Both the position numbers and the translations under genes were made by a program. Below, one piece after another: positions 31,259 through 42,328 of a DNA stretch of 64,000 bases; position 1 is the first letter of the stretch, and every line of letters starts with the position of its first letter. The stretch comes from an uncultured Candidatus Saccharibacteria bacterium. Its GTDB lineage: Bacteria > Patescibacteriota > Saccharimonadia > CAILAD01 > JADZBC01. A model generated the notes under the pieces. The model was not told the origin of the DNA and did no database searches. It worked only from the letters and a program-made list of their open reading frames with translations. The stretch spans positions 1,750 to 65,749 of the forward strand of contig CAYPSN010000003.1 in NCBI GenBank assembly GCA_964413715.1, in the 5' to 3' direction.

Positions 31259-33300
31259 CAGCGCGTGGGGTAAGACTCGACACCCCGCTCAAGGAACTAA
31301 AGGGAGTGGGGGACGTGCTCGAACGTGGCCTGGCTCGTTTAGGGCTTGTGACAGTCAAGGATCTGCTTTTGTATTACCCAAGACGCTGGGATGACTATAG
31401 TGTTGTTGAACGTATTGCCGATATCCACCCTGGGCTCGTTACGGTGTGTGGGCGTATTGAACACCTAGAATCCCGCCGATCGTTTCGAAATAAGCGCCTG
31501 AGTGTAACTGAGGCTATCATTGCCGATGATACTGGCACGATTCGGGCGGTATGGTTTAATCAGCGATTCGTTAAAGCACAGCTTAAAATGGGCGAACGAT
31601 ATGTTTTTAAAGGCAAGTTTGAATTCCGCAATAACAATCTGAACTTACAAAGCCCGACTTTTGAGCGAGATAACGGGCGCATGGAACCAAGTATAGTGCC
31701 GATTTATTCGGAAAACAGCGCGGTAACGAGCAAGACGCTGCGTAAGCTCATTGCGCAGGTTATTCGTTTGGCAGACGAGCTTGATGACGAGCTGCCTGAA
31801 ACGGTGCGAGATGCAGAAAATCTAGTTTCGTATGCTGAAGCTATTCGCTCACTTCATAAGCCAGTCTCCGACCAACAACTGCAGGCTGCAAAAGAGAGGC
31901 TGGCGTTCGAAGAACTGTTCATGTTGATCGCTTCAGCGCTCGCATTGAAGCACGATATTAAGCTCGAAACGGCACCCGCTATCGAGTTCCATGCGGCAGA
32001 TGCTGAAGCTTTCTTGGGTAGTTTACCCTTTGCTTTAACAGACGAACAGAAAAAGGCAGCCTGGGCTGTTTTGCAGGACATGACGCGCATTACCCCTATG
32101 AATCGTTTGCTGGAGGGTGATGTTGGTAGCGGCAAGACGGTCGTGGCGCTGATGGCGGCTTTCATAGCGATCCGTCGGGGCTTTCAGGCGGTTCTTATGG
32201 TGCCTACGGAAATCCTGGCACGACAGCATTTTGCTACCTGCCAGCGAGTCTTTGCCGATTTGGATGTGCAGGTTGGTTTGCTAGTTGGTAGTCTCAAACC
32301 AAAAGAAAAACAACAGGTAAAATCAAGCATAGCCGAGGGTTCTGTCCAGCTAGTAATCGGGACACATGCTTTGCTGGAGCAAGATGTTACGTTTGCCTCA
32401 CTTGGCTTGGCGATTATCGATGAACAACACCGATTTGGCGTGCAGCAGCGGCGGCTATTGAAGTCGCAAGGTGCTGCCATGCCGCATGTGCTAACTATGA
32501 CCGCCACGCCGATTCCACGCAGTCTGGCGCTTGTAGTGTATGGCGAGCTTGATGTCAGCATCATCGCTGAATTGCCGCCAGGACGTAAACAAGTATCGAC
32601 CAAATTAATCATGGAAAACGAGCGTGCTCAAATGGAGCAGACAGTCGATGAGGCGATCTCGACTGGTACGCAAGCCTTCATCGTCTGCCCCTTGATTGAA
32701 GAATCAGATAGCTTGGGCGTAAAAAGCGTAAAGGCGGAATATGAGCGACTCGCTAATGGCGTGTTCGCTCACCGCACGATTGAGCTCTTGCACGGCAAGC
32801 TGACGGCCGACGAGAAGCAGCATATTATGGATAGATTTAAGGCTGGTGAAATTGACATTCTGGTAGCCACCACCGTCATTGAAGTTGGTGTGGACGTGCC
32901 GAATGCCAACATCATGATTATCGAAAGTGCTGAGCGTTTTGGCTTGGCAGCCTTGCATCAACTGCGTGGACGAGTTGGACGAGGCGACAAACAGGCTTTC
33001 TGTTATCTGCTCTGTGATACCGATAATCCTATTACACTCAAGCGCCTGCGGGCTATGGAGCGAACCAGCGATGGATTTCGTCTGAGTCAAATTGACCTCG
33101 AGATGCGTGGTCCGGGCGAAATTTATGGCGCTCGGCAGCATGGCGTGCTTGATTTGCGTATGGCGAATGTATTGGATACCAAGCTAATTGTACGCGCCCG
33201 AACCGCGGCCGAAGCTTTCTTGGCAACAGGCAACGTGGTAGAATATCCGAAGATGCTTAAGCGCCTTAATAAGCTTAAAGCAATAACTACTCTTGATTAA
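31255..33300 (+). CDS. recG: ATP-dependent DNA helicase RecG
   Basis: Wedge domain, DEQH box (IIDEQHRFG), helicase motifs (GDVGSGKT); 681 aa. Confidence 0.9.
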   Translation: MTARGVRLDTPLKELKGVGDVLERGLARLGLVTVKDLLLYYPRRWDDYSVVERIADIHPGLVTVCGRIEHLESRRSFRNKRLSVTEAIIADDTGTIRAVWFNQRFVKAQLKMGERYVFKGKFEFRNNNLNLQSPTFERDNGRMEPSIVPIYSENSAVTSKTLRKLIAQVIRLADELDDELPETVRDAENLVSYAEAIRSLHKPVSDQQLQAAKERLAFEELFMLIASALALKHDIKLETAPAIEFHAADAEAFLGSLPFALTDEQKKAAWAVLQDMTRITPMNRLLEGDVGSGKTVVALMAAFIAIRRGFQAVLMVPTEILARQHFATCQRVFADLDVQVGLLVGSLKPKEKQQVKSSIAEGSVQLVIGTHALLEQDVTFASLGLAIIDEQHRFGVQQRRLLKSQGAAMPHVLTMTATPIPRSLALVVYGELDVSIIAELPPGRKQVSTKLIMENERAQMEQTVDEAISTGTQAFIVCPLIEESDSLGVKSVKAEYERLANGVFAHRTIELLHGKLTADEKQHIMDRFKAGEIDILVATTVIEVGVDVPNANIMIIESAERFGLAALHQLRGRVGRGDKQAFCYLLCDTDNPITLKRLRAMERTSDGFRLSQIDLEMRGPGEIYGARQHGVLDLRMANVLDTKLIVRARTAAEAFLATGNVVEYPKMLKRLNKLKAITTLD

Positions 33301-33308
33301 AGAACACT

Positions 33309-34073
33309 ATGAATTCAGGCTTTCTTACATTCGCCGCCAAAGGCAAAGCATTCCGATCGGTTGGCACCCACCAACGCTTCGATCGTGAAGCTTTTCGTTT
33401 GATGTCACCGTTCGTGGATCATTCACTGTTTCCTAGGCGCAAAGATATTCTTATGTTTGAGGGAGTCGGCGGGCCGGACGGTTTGAAGTTTAAAGGAAGC
33501 TACGATACCAATCACATGTGGGATCCAGTAAACGAAATAGGTTTTTTGCCAACTTGGATCGAAAGTCACTTGGGGAGCTTAACGCAGGCTTTACGCGAGA
33601 AGGACTTGGTAGAAGCAAGCTTTCATGCTGGCTGGATGGCACATTACTTAACCGATAGTTTGACTCCAGCCCATCATTTAAGTCACGATCTTATTGCTGC
33701 GGAATACGAGGAAAAAAGCAAGGCTCGCAAGGGTTGGCTGTACTGGGGTCGCAAGGGACTTATGAGCTCACATGTTCATTTTGAAGCAGGTATTGCTACT
33801 TCAATGGTGCTTTCGCCGATTCGGGCAAATTTCGACTGGGCGCTGTATGAACGAATCAAGAAGCACGGCCTGGCGCATTGTGTGCGCGAAGAATCGTACC
33901 GAATTGCTCAGCTTGGTCTGTATGACAAGTTTTTGAAGAAAGGGTGGAGCAATAAGCTGGCTCGCGAGATTAAGTTGTCGGTTGTGCCACGTATTCCTCA
34001 GCTTATTGCGGCTGCCTGGCTTTTAGCCTACGAACAGGCTGATTATTCGCCAAAACTACCGAAAGACGACTAA
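33309..34073 (+). CDS. Zinc-dependent phospholipase C / S1-P1 nuclease superfamily-like protein
   Basis: HYLTDSLTPAHH fits the family H-x3-D-x3-P-x-H zinc-ligand motif, together with an HAGWMAH histidine cluster. 254 aa. Confidence 0.45.
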   Translation: MNSGFLTFAAKGKAFRSVGTHQRFDREAFRLMSPFVDHSLFPRRKDILMFEGVGGPDGLKFKGSYDTNHMWDPVNEIGFLPTWIESHLGSLTQALREKDLVEASFHAGWMAHYLTDSLTPAHHLSHDLIAAEYEEKSKARKGWLYWGRKGLMSSHVHFEAGIATSMVLSPIRANFDWALYERIKKHGLAHCVREESYRIAQLGLYDKFLKKGWSNKLAREIKLSVVPRIPQLIAAAWLLAYEQADYSPKLPKDD

Positions 34074-34606
34074 TGCTGCAAATCATTTCTGGCACATTTG
34101 CACGGAGGGTGTTACAGCAGCCACCTGCTGCCATAACACGCCCAGTGAGCGAGAAAGTGCGCGGCGCAATTTTTAATAGCCTAGCGGCTGATCTTGACGG
34201 TGCTCGAGTGCTGGATCTTTTTGCAGGTAGTGGTGCTTTGGGGTTAGAGGCACTAAGCCGCGGTGCAGCTAAAGTTGATTTTGTAGAAAAAAACAACAAG
34301 GTAGTGAGCGTCTTAAAACAAAACATTGCAATACTTGGCGTTCGCGAGGTGGCTAAGGTGCATGTAGGTTCGGTGGAGCGGTTTTTTGAGCAAGCGAATG
34401 AAGCTTACGACGTTGTGTTCATGGACCCGCCCTACGCTGATTTTGAGCAAGGTATGGTAGAGCAGGCGGTAGGTTTGCTACAATACGGTGGCACTCTTAT
34501 CGTGAGCACCTCTAGTAAGGCAAATCTCGTTGCGCCAAGCGGTACTGAATTGAATCGTCAAAAGACATATGGCGATACTATGATCACGGTACTTAAAAAG
34601 GTTTGA
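34073..34606 (+). CDS. rsmD: 16S rRNA (guanine966-N2)-methyltransferase RsmD
   Basis: VLDLFAGSGALGLEALSRGA SAM-binding motif and DPPY catalytic motif. Confidence 0.8.
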   Translation: MLQIISGTFARRVLQQPPAAITRPVSEKVRGAIFNSLAADLDGARVLDLFAGSGALGLEALSRGAAKVDFVEKNNKVVSVLKQNIAILGVREVAKVHVGSVERFFEQANEAYDVVFMDPPYADFEQGMVEQAVGLLQYGGTLIVSTSSKANLVAPSGTELNRQKTYGDTMITVLKKV

Positions 34607-34664
34607 GTTTTCGTTGACTAAGCAGCAAACTAGTCTGAAGTAGAGTTTAGGTTTAGATATATAT

Positions 34665-34751
34665 GCGGATGTGGTGGAATTGGTAGACACGCTAGCCTTA
34701 GGAGCTAGTGAGGTAACACTCGTGAAGGTTCGAGTCCTTTCATCCGCACCA
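34665..34751 (+). tRNA. tRNA-Leu (anticodon TAG), encoded CCA included
   Basis: gcggatg acceptor arm, D-arm GGTAGA, anticodon loop cTTAGga, long variable arm, T-arm GGTTCGAGTCC, 3' catccgc-a-cca. A terminator follows. Confidence 0.8.
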
Positions 34752-34754
34752 ACT

Positions 34755-34784
34755 AAAAGCCCCCAGTGTCACCTGGGGGCTTTT
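34755..34784 (+). terminator. Hairpin terminator after tRNA-Leu
   Basis: aaaagccccca-gtgtcacc-tgggggctttt. Confidence 0.55.
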
Positions 34785-34902
34785 AGTTGGATATGGTGTT
34801 TTAAAGAAAAGTGTCATATTTCATTGACAATGTTAAGCATATGTGCTAATATCCATTACAGTGTTCTGGTAATCGGCCGGAACTAAACATTGGGGAGGCC
34901 CA

Positions 34903-35256
34903 ATGCTGCGAAGAGCAGAGCCCAGCCCAATCCCGCGCCGTGGCACGGTCGCCATGGACGGGAACCGGATCCGGCAGTTCGACCTCGGGTCGCTCGAGCC
35001 GGGAGACGTGCTCCACGTCAAGACCCTGCAGTCGGACTGGTACTTCACCAGGACGAAGCGCAGTGTCGTGACGCGGGATCAGGTCCGCGGGATCTTCGTC
35101 CAGACGTCCTCGCGGGCGTTCGGACAGATCACCCGCGACCCTGCCAACGTCTCGATCGATCGAGTGATCGAGAAGGGTGAGCAGATCCGCATCAACGGTG
35201 CCCGTCGTACGGGCGACGTCGAGCAGATCTTCCTCAACGGTCGCGAGCTCACCTGA
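34903..35256 (+). CDS. Hypothetical 117-aa protein (high-GC cassette next to tRNA-Leu)
   Basis: GGGGAGG lies 4 nt before the ATG. GC-rich codons. A perfect hairpin ccagggtcccca-cgc-tggggaccctgg lies 25 nt after the stop (35280-35306). No family recognised. Confidence 0.5.
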   Translation: MLRRAEPSPIPRRGTVAMDGNRIRQFDLGSLEPGDVLHVKTLQSDWYFTRTKRSVVTRDQVRGIFVQTSSRAFGQITRDPANVSIDRVIEKGEQIRINGARRTGDVEQIFLNGRELT

Positions 35257-35279
35257 GCAACTTCGCTCACGCTCCAAGG

Positions 35280-35306
35280 CCAGGGTCCCCACGCTGGGGA
35301 CCCTGG
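35280..35306 (+). terminator. Hairpin terminator of the 34903-35256 cassette gene
   Basis: 12-bp perfect stem with a 3-nt loop. Confidence 0.45.
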
Positions 35307-35410
35307 TACAGGGCCCAATCAAGGATCATCTCCGAAGAGGATGGTCCTCTTTCGTTATATGGGCTTATCACCCTGTCCAATCTAGTCACTTTCTGCTAAG
35401 ATATGAAACT

Positions 35411-36694
35411 ATGATTAAACACGAAATTTCCTCCACCAAAAATTCACAAGTCGAACTCAAGGTCGAACTATCAGCTGATTACCTCGAAGAGGTTAAGAAA
35501 ACAGTTGTGAGTCGCATGAAAGCCGGAGTAAAAGTAGCAGGCTTTCGTCCCGGCAAAGCGCCTGAAAGTATCGTAGAGCGTCACTTAGACCAAAACCAAC
35601 TGCAGGCCGAAGTGCTTGAAGCCGCAGTGTCTCGTTCATATACCGACGTTGTTGTTGAAAACAAGCTAGAAACAATCGCCGCGCCTAAAGTCGAACTGAA
35701 AAAGTTCGTGCCATATAGCGAATTAGAATATACGGCAGTGGCTGCTGTAATGCCAAAGATTGAATTTGACCTTACTAAGCTCAAAGTTAAACAAGAGCCT
35801 GTTAAGGTTGATGCAAAAGAAGTTGATGAAACTGTCGAGGGCTTGCGCAAACAAATGTCGAGTGAGAAGCCAAGTAAAAAACCCGCCAAGTTGGGCGACA
35901 AGGTTAAAGTTGACTTTGAAGGCACACGAGAAGGTAAGCCTGTAGAGGGTGCTGCTGCACAAAATAGCGATATTATATTGGGCGAGGGGCGATTTATCCC
36001 TGGCTTTGAAGACAACATCGTTGGACTCAAAGAAGGTGACGAAAAAGAGTTTGAGGTAACTTTCCCCAAAGACTACCATGCTAAAGATTTGGCCGGTGCT
36101 AAAGTTGTATTTAAAGTAAACATTCGAGAAGTGAACGCAGTTGAATTGCCTGTTCTTGACGACGAGTTTGCGAAAGCAATCGGTGATTTTAAGACCCTAG
36201 CAGAACTACGTAAAGACATCGAAGCTAAGATAAAAGTACAAAAATCCGATCAAGCAACACAAGACTACGAGCAGCAAGTTATGGCTGAAGCGCTAAAGCA
36301 AGCTAAGTTTGAAGTTGCGCCTCTGCTTTTGGACGAGCAAAAGCATCGTTTGCAGCATGAAGTAGAAGACAATCTACGTCAGAGCGGGTTAGACGTAGAA
36401 AAATACCTGGCCGTCAGCGGTAAGGCAAAAGACGAGTTCGAAAAAGAGCTCGGCGAAGAAGCCGAAAAACGAGTTAAGACTGGTCTGCTGATTCGTTATA
36501 TCGTTGACTCAAATAGCTTAGAAGTAAGCGATGCTGAAGTTGATCAGGAGCTTGCCAAGCTGCGTGAACAATACACTGACAAACATATGCAGGAAGAAAT
36601 GACGCATGGTCACTTCCGCGATGATTTGGCTCAGCACTTACTCTCTACCAAAGCGCGACAGCTCTTGGTACAATATGCTCTAGGCAAGAAGTAA
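35411..36694 (+). CDS. tig: Trigger factor
   Basis: MIKHEISSTKNSQVELKVEL... has TF N-domain, FKBP-like and C-domain features, and sits upstream of clpP (tig-clpP synteny). The ORF-track start at 35177 lies inside the high-GC cassette and is spurious. Confidence 0.8.
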   Translation: MIKHEISSTKNSQVELKVELSADYLEEVKKTVVSRMKAGVKVAGFRPGKAPESIVERHLDQNQLQAEVLEAAVSRSYTDVVVENKLETIAAPKVELKKFVPYSELEYTAVAAVMPKIEFDLTKLKVKQEPVKVDAKEVDETVEGLRKQMSSEKPSKKPAKLGDKVKVDFEGTREGKPVEGAAAQNSDIILGEGRFIPGFEDNIVGLKEGDEKEFEVTFPKDYHAKDLAGAKVVFKVNIREVNAVELPVLDDEFAKAIGDFKTLAELRKDIEAKIKVQKSDQATQDYEQQVMAEALKQAKFEVAPLLLDEQKHRLQHEVEDNLRQSGLDVEKYLAVSGKAKDEFEKELGEEAEKRVKTGLLIRYIVDSNSLEVSDAEVDQELAKLREQYTDKHMQEEMTHGHFRDDLAQHLLSTKARQLLVQYALGKK

Positions 36695-36716
36695 CTAATA
36701 CAGCGCAGGAGGTGTT

Positions 36717-37316
36717 ATGGAGCGTAATCAAATACTGGTACCAACCGTAATCGAAAAGACTGCACTTGGTGAGCGTGCATACGATATTTATTCTCGTTTG
36801 CTCAAGGAGCGGATTATCTTCTTGGGAACAGAGATCGACGAAAACGTCGCTAATCTAGTGATCGCTCAACTTTTGTTTTTGCAGAGCGACAATGCCAATG
36901 AAGACATTAAGCTGTACGTTAACTCTCCGGGTGGCAGTGTGTCGGCTGGCCTGGCCATTTATGACACTATGCAGCATATCAAGCCAGATGTGTCGACTAT
37001 TGTTGTTGGCATGGCTGCGAGCATGGGGGCTTTCCTGGCGGCTTGCGGCGCGAAAGGCAAGCGCTTCGCCCTACCTAACTCGCGCGTTATGATTCACCAA
37101 CCATCAGGTGGCTTTAGTGGCACGGCATCTGATATTGAAATTACTGCCAAAGAGATTATTAAACTACGACAAAAGCTCAACGAAATAATTGCAGAAAAGA
37201 CAGGCCAGAAAGTTGAGAAGATTGCCGATGACAGCGATCGCGACTTTTGGATGGATGCAGAAGAGGCTAAAGCATATGGAATCGTCGACGCTGTACTAAC
37301 AAGCGGCGACAAGTAA
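36717..37316 (+). CDS. clpP: ATP-dependent Clp protease proteolytic subunit
   Basis: Ser-His-Asp triad context ([18 protein letters not shown]); 199 aa. Confidence 0.9.
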   Translation: MERNQILVPTVIEKTALGERAYDIYSRLLKERIIFLGTEIDENVANLVIAQLLFLQSDNANEDIKLYVNSPGGSVSAGLAIYDTMQHIKPDVSTIVVGMAASMGAFLAACGAKGKRFALPNSRVMIHQPSGGFSGTASDIEITAKEIIKLRQKLNEIIAEKTGQKVEKIADDSDRDFWMDAEEAKAYGIVDAVLTSGDK

Positions 37317-37329
37317 GCGCTTAAAACTC

Positions 37330-38577
37330 GTGGCTTACCGAGACTTACTGAAAAACTGGAACTTCGATAAGCTTTGGGGTGCCCAGCTATTTTCTCAGCT
37401 GGCAGCCAACATTTTAAATTTTGCACTGATCATTCGTGTCTATGAGCTAGCGGCAGGTACGCCCTATGCCAATATCGCCGTGAGTGTGTTTATTCTGTCG
37501 TTTGGGTTTCCTTCGATTTTCTTTGCTGTGTTTGCCGGGGCCTTTATTGATCATTTGGATCGTAAAAAAGTATTGGTATTAACTAACGTTTTGCGAGCAG
37601 TTCTGGTTTTATTATTTTTCGTAGTTGAAAAGAATCTGCTTGCCGTCTATGGGCTGATATTTGTGATCTCGACGATTACGCAGTTTTTTGTACCCGCCGA
37701 AGGCGCAACCCTCCCAAACATCGTTGATAAGAAAAACCTTGTCTCGGCAAATTCGCTTTTCCTCTTTACTATCTACGGATCGTTCATAGTAGGTTATTCA
37801 TTGGCCGGGCCGATTATTGGCAGATGGGGGATTGAGTCGATTTATTGGGTAACGAGCATTTGTTTTGTGGTGGCAGCACTTCTAAGTAGCTTATTACCCC
37901 AATTGCGTGCCATCGACAAGCGCGACGTTTCACTTCCGTCAATTGCGCTGAAGGTAAGTCGCAGCACCAGGCACAATTTAACCGAAATTTACCGCAACCG
38001 TCGGTTATTGTTCCCGATATTACAGCTAACGATTGCCCAGGCACTTACTAATATCATTATCGTGCTTGCTCCAGCGCTCTCGCTGTTAGTCTTGGGTAGA
38101 AGCTTAAGCCAAGCCAGTCAAGTATTTATTTTGCCGGCGGGCGCTGGAATGGTGGTTGGTGCCATCTTAATTGGTAACTTTATGCGCAAAAGCAACAAAG
38201 TTCGATTAATTGAGTTCGGGCTGCTATTGGCCGCCACTAGCCTTTTTGTGTTAGGAATTATCAAACACATTCCTGTGAAGAATATCGCAGCTTTGGTAGC
38301 GATGCTCGCACTTTCGCTCGGTTTTGCTAATGCCTTAGTGAGTGTCTCTGCACAAACGCTTCTGCAGCTTAACAGTACTGAGGAGACAAGAGGAAAGATA
38401 TTCGGCGCTCTGAATATGATGGTAAATATCGCTGCAACCGTACCTGTCTTATTGGCAGGGGTGACGGCTGATTTAGTATCTCCACTAACGGTTCTCATTC
38501 TAGTGGCAGGCTTTATCGTGGTGTATTTGTTGTTCCAGCGGCGCAGCCTCGCAAAATTAGCCGTCAAAAACTCTTGA
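37330..38577 (+). CDS. MFS transporter
   Basis: 415 aa with ~12 TM helices and an MFS-like topology. Confidence 0.65.
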   Translation: MAYRDLLKNWNFDKLWGAQLFSQLAANILNFALIIRVYELAAGTPYANIAVSVFILSFGFPSIFFAVFAGAFIDHLDRKKVLVLTNVLRAVLVLLFFVVEKNLLAVYGLIFVISTITQFFVPAEGATLPNIVDKKNLVSANSLFLFTIYGSFIVGYSLAGPIIGRWGIESIYWVTSICFVVAALLSSLLPQLRAIDKRDVSLPSIALKVSRSTRHNLTEIYRNRRLLFPILQLTIAQALTNIIIVLAPALSLLVLGRSLSQASQVFILPAGAGMVVGAILIGNFMRKSNKVRLIEFGLLLAATSLFVLGIIKHIPVKNIAALVAMLALSLGFANALVSVSAQTLLQLNSTEETRGKIFGALNMMVNIAATVPVLLAGVTADLVSPLTVLILVAGFIVVYLLFQRRSLAKLAVKNS

Positions 38578-38787
38578 CAAAGCCTAATCTACTCCTATAG
38601 GATTAGATATAAGAGGATGCTTAAACGAAAATACCGGAATAGCCATATTGGGTTTGCCGGTTTTTTGTCGGTTTAGAAAAACCTTGTTTATCACGTTTTT
38701 ATTCGAACAGTAAAAAAGTGTATGCGCGCCTGATCAGCGCAGTCGTTTGACGCTACAAATATAAACCACCTAGGAGAACAGGACTTT

Positions 38788-41700
38788 ATGCCACAAAAAG
38801 CTGCAGCAAACCGTGTCTATCTAAACCAAAACAAAGAAGTACTCCCACTACCAAACCTTATTGATATTCAGACCGATTCGTACAACTGGTTTGTACGCGA
38901 AGGTTTGAGCGAACTTTTTACCGAAGTGTCGCCCGTACAGGACTTCACTGGTAAGAAGTTTGATTTGTATTTCAAAGATTATCACTTTGAAGAGCCGAAG
39001 CTGACTGAAGAGCAGGCTAAAGAAAAGAATCTGTCTTATGAGGCTCCGCTACGAGCTGAAATCGAGTTGGTGATTAAAGAGACAGGCGAAGTTAGAACCC
39101 AAGAGATTTTCCTTGGCGACTTCCCAGTCATGACTGATCGCGGTACGTTCATCATTAGTGGTGTAGAGCGTGTAGTAGTGTCGCAGTTGGTACGCAGCCC
39201 CGGCGTGTTCTTTACTAAAAGTGAGTCTGACCTCAATGACTTCTTTGGTGCCAAGATTATCCCTAGTCGTGGTGCATGGTTAGAAATCGAAACCGCAGCC
39301 AATGGCGTGATGAGCGTTAAGATTGATCGCAAGCGTAAATTGCCAGTAACGACGCTATTGCGTGCCTTTGGTTACGGAACTGACACAGAGCTCAAAGAGC
39401 TTTTTAAAGACGTCGACACTGGTGAAGTAAAGTTCATTGACGAAACGATTGCTAAAGATTCCTCAAGCACGACTGCCGAAGCATTGATGGAAGTATACCG
39501 ACGTATTCGCCCAGGCGACTTGGCTACGGTAGAAAACTCCAAGAGTTTGATCGACAGCATGTTCTTCGACTTCAAGCGCTATGACTTCTCGAAGGTCGGT
39601 CGTTACAAAATGAATAAGCGTCTTAACCTGGACGTGCCAAACACTGCCGAGAATCGCGTTTTACGCAAAGAAGACCTCATCGCCATCATCGCCGAAACGA
39701 TTCGCATGTCGAATACAGGAGCGATGAGTGAAGATATTGATCACTTGGCTAACCGCCGACTCAAGATGGTTGGTGAGCAAATCCAACAGCGTTTCCGACT
39801 TGGTGTGCTGCGTATGGAACGCATCATCAAAGACCGCATGAGTTTGGCCGACATCGAGACTGTTGCTCCTGGTCAGCTCATTAACGTTCGTCCAATTGTT
39901 GCAACGGTGAAAGAATTTTATGCTTCTCACCAGTTGTCGCAGTTCATGGATCAGGTGAATCCACTCGCCGAATTGGTACATAAGCGACGCTTGAACGCTA
40001 TGGGCCCAGGTGGTTTGAGCCGCGAGCGCGCAGGTTTTGAAGTCCGCGATGTACACAGAACTCACTACGGCCGAATTTGTCCGATTGAAACTCCTGAAGG
40101 ACCAAACATTGGTTTGGTTTCGACTCTGGCGTCGTATGCTAAGGTTAATGAATATGGCTTTATTGAAACACCTTACCTGAAGGTAGTAAATGAAGTAGAG
40201 GCCAGCAAGGCTGCCGGCGAAATCGTTCGTGAGAACGTGAAAGACGCCAAAGGCACCGTAGTAGCCAAGAAGGGCGAAAAGCTTACCGAGGCCGCTGCCA
40301 AAAAACTTGCTAAAGCAGGTATCGAAGTAGTTCCTGTAAAGGCACGACTTACTAGCGAAGTGGTGTATTTGGATGCTGCCGATGAAGAAAAATGCGTTAT
40401 TGCGCAGGCTAACACCCCAACTGACGAACAGGGTTACTTCCTGAAGGACCGCTTGTCAGTTCGTGGTATTAATGGTGAGGCCGACGAAGAAGCGGCTGAC
40501 AAAGTGCAGTACATGGACATTTCGTCGAAACAGACGGTTAGTGTGTCGACTGCATTGATTCCATTCCTCGAGCATGATGATCCAAAGCGTGCTTTGATGG
40601 GTGCTAACATGCAACGTCAGGCTGTACCACTTGTGCGCCCTCAGGCTCCAGTAGTTGGTACTGGTATCGAAGCTAAGGCAGCCGAAGACTCAGGTCAGGT
40701 AATTTTGGCCGAGCAGGATGGTGAAGTTGTGAATGTCTCTGCTCAAGAAATCACCGTTGCCTACAAGAAGGGCGACAAAAAGACCTACAAGTTGGCCAAC
40801 TTTGTACGAAGTAATATGGGTGAAGCTATGCACCAACGGGCAGTTGTCTTGGCTGGCGATAAGGTGAAAAAGGGCGATGTATTGGCTGACGGTATGAGTA
40901 CACAGCTTGGTGAACTTGCCCTAGGTCAGAACGTACTCGTTGCCTTCATGCCTTTTGACGGCTACAACTACGAAGATGCCGTGATTATCTCACAGCGATT
41001 AGTACAAGATGATCGCTACACTTCAATCCACATCGAAGACCACCAGATTGATGTGCGCGACACTAAATTAGGCCCAGAGGTTGTGACTCGAGATATCGCA
41101 AACGTGAGCGAAGAGTCACTCAAAGATCTCGATGAAAACGGTATTGTGCGCATTGGTGCCGAAGTAAGCGCCGGTGACATCCTCGTTGGTAAGATTACGC
41201 CAAAAGGTGAAACTGATCTTTCAAGCGAAGAGCGACTTTTGCGAGCAATCTTTGGTGAGAAAGCCCGCGACGTGAAAGACACCAGCTTGACCATGCCAAA
41301 CGGTTCTTCAGGTAAAGTAGTGGGTGTTAAGATCCTTTCTAAAGAAAACGGCGATGACTTGCCAAGTGGTGTGTTGCAGCAGATTTACGTTTCAGTAGCG
41401 GAAATGCGCAAGATTTCAGTTGGTGATAAGATGGCCGGTCGACATGGTGATAAGGGTGTGATTTCACGCATTATGCCTGTCGAGGACATGCCATACATGG
41501 AAGACGGCACGCCAGTTGATATCGTACTCAACACTCTCGGTGTCGGTACACGTATGAACTTAGGACAAATTTTGGAAACTCACTTGGGTTGGGCAGCGAA
41601 CGCACTTGGCTATACTGTGGCCACACCAGTGTTTGATGGCGTAAGTGTTGACCAGATTAAGGCCGAACTTAAGAAAGCCGGTTTGCCAGAAGACGGTAAG

Positions 41701-42327
41701 GCTCAGTTGTACCACGGCTATAGTGGTGAACCATTCTCACAGAAAACAACAGTTGGCTACAAGTACATGCTGAAACTTCACCACATGGTTGACGATAAGA
41801 TTCATGCTCGCTCAACAGGACCATACGCTATGGTTACTCAGCAGCCACTTGGTGGTAAGGCGCAAATGGGTGGTCAGAGATTCGGTGAAATGGAAGTATG
41901 GGCGCTCGAAGCGTACGGTGCCGCAAACACCCTGCAAGAAATGCTCACCATTAAATCCGACGACGTTATCGGGCGATCCAAAGCTTATGAATCGATCATT
42001 AAAGACGAACCAATAAAGGGTTCTCGCATCCCTGAATCGTTCAACGTGCTTGTAAAAGAACTGCAGAGTTTAACGCTCGCCGTAGAACTAGAGAAAGGTC
42101 CTGGCACCGAAATTGACGCCGAAGACATGTTGGCCGATGTAACCGAAGGTGAAGCGATTGACCTTGGTGAGGCTGAATTGATGATCGGCAGAGAGCAGCA
42201 AGATGGCGATGCAATAGTAGATTTAGGTGCGCCATCGGAAGATGATTTTGAAGTATTAGCCCAAGTCTCGGAAGAAATTGGACCCGACGAAGAGGACTTG
42301 AAACAAATGGAAGGAGAGGAGGTCTAA
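38788..42327 (+). CDS. rpoB: DNA-directed RNA polymerase subunit beta
   Basis: Unambiguous RpoB sequence over 1179 aa. Confidence 0.95.
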   Translation: MPQKAAANRVYLNQNKEVLPLPNLIDIQTDSYNWFVREGLSELFTEVSPVQDFTGKKFDLYFKDYHFEEPKLTEEQAKEKNLSYEAPLRAEIELVIKETGEVRTQEIFLGDFPVMTDRGTFIISGVERVVVSQLVRSPGVFFTKSESDLNDFFGAKIIPSRGAWLEIETAANGVMSVKIDRKRKLPVTTLLRAFGYGTDTELKELFKDVDTGEVKFIDETIAKDSSSTTAEALMEVYRRIRPGDLATVENSKSLIDSMFFDFKRYDFSKVGRYKMNKRLNLDVPNTAENRVLRKEDLIAIIAETIRMSNTGAMSEDIDHLANRRLKMVGEQIQQRFRLGVLRMERIIKDRMSLADIETVAPGQLINVRPIVATVKEFYASHQLSQFMDQVNPLAELVHKRRLNAMGPGGLSRERAGFEVRDVHRTHYGRICPIETPEGPNIGLVSTLASYAKVNEYGFIETPYLKVVNEVEASKAAGEIVRENVKDAKGTVVAKKGEKLTEAAAKKLAKAGIEVVPVKARLTSEVVYLDAADEEKCVIAQANTPTDEQGYFLKDRLSVRGINGEADEEAADKVQYMDISSKQTVSVSTALIPFLEHDDPKRALMGANMQRQAVPLVRPQAPVVGTGIEAKAAEDSGQVILAEQDGEVVNVSAQEITVAYKKGDKKTYKLANFVRSNMGEAMHQRAVVLAGDKVKKGDVLADGMSTQLGELALGQNVLVAFMPFDGYNYEDAVIISQRLVQDDRYTSIHIEDHQIDVRDTKLGPEVVTRDIANVSEESLKDLDENGIVRIGAEVSAGDILVGKITPKGETDLSSEERLLRAIFGEKARDVKDTSLTMPNGSSGKVVGVKILSKENGDDLPSGVLQQIYVSVAEMRKISVGDKMAGRHGDKGVISRIMPVEDMPYMEDGTPVDIVLNTLGVGTRMNLGQILETHLGWAANALGYTVATPVFDGVSVDQIKAELKKAGLPEDGKAQLYHGYSGEPFSQKTTVGYKYMLKLHHMVDDKIHARSTGPYAMVTQQPLGGKAQMGGQRFGEMEVWALEAYGAANTLQEMLTIKSDDVIGRSKAYESIIKDEPIKGSRIPESFNVLVKELQSLTLAVELEKGPGTEIDAEDMLADVTEGEAIDLGEAELMIGREQQDGDAIVDLGAPSEDDFEVLAQVSEEIGPDEEDLKQMEGEEV

Positions 42328-42328
42328 C

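Noticed and set aside
34846-35322. 158-aa minus ORF and 96-aa + ORF overlapping the 34903-35256 gene
   Set aside because: High-GC shadow frames. Only the 34903 frame has an SD (GGGGAGG) and the terminator hairpin downstream.
35177-35410. ORF-track N-terminal extension of trigger factor (505 aa)
   Set aside because: The extension runs through the high-GC cassette and its terminator. The real tig start is the ATG at 35411, preceded by low-GC backbone sequence.
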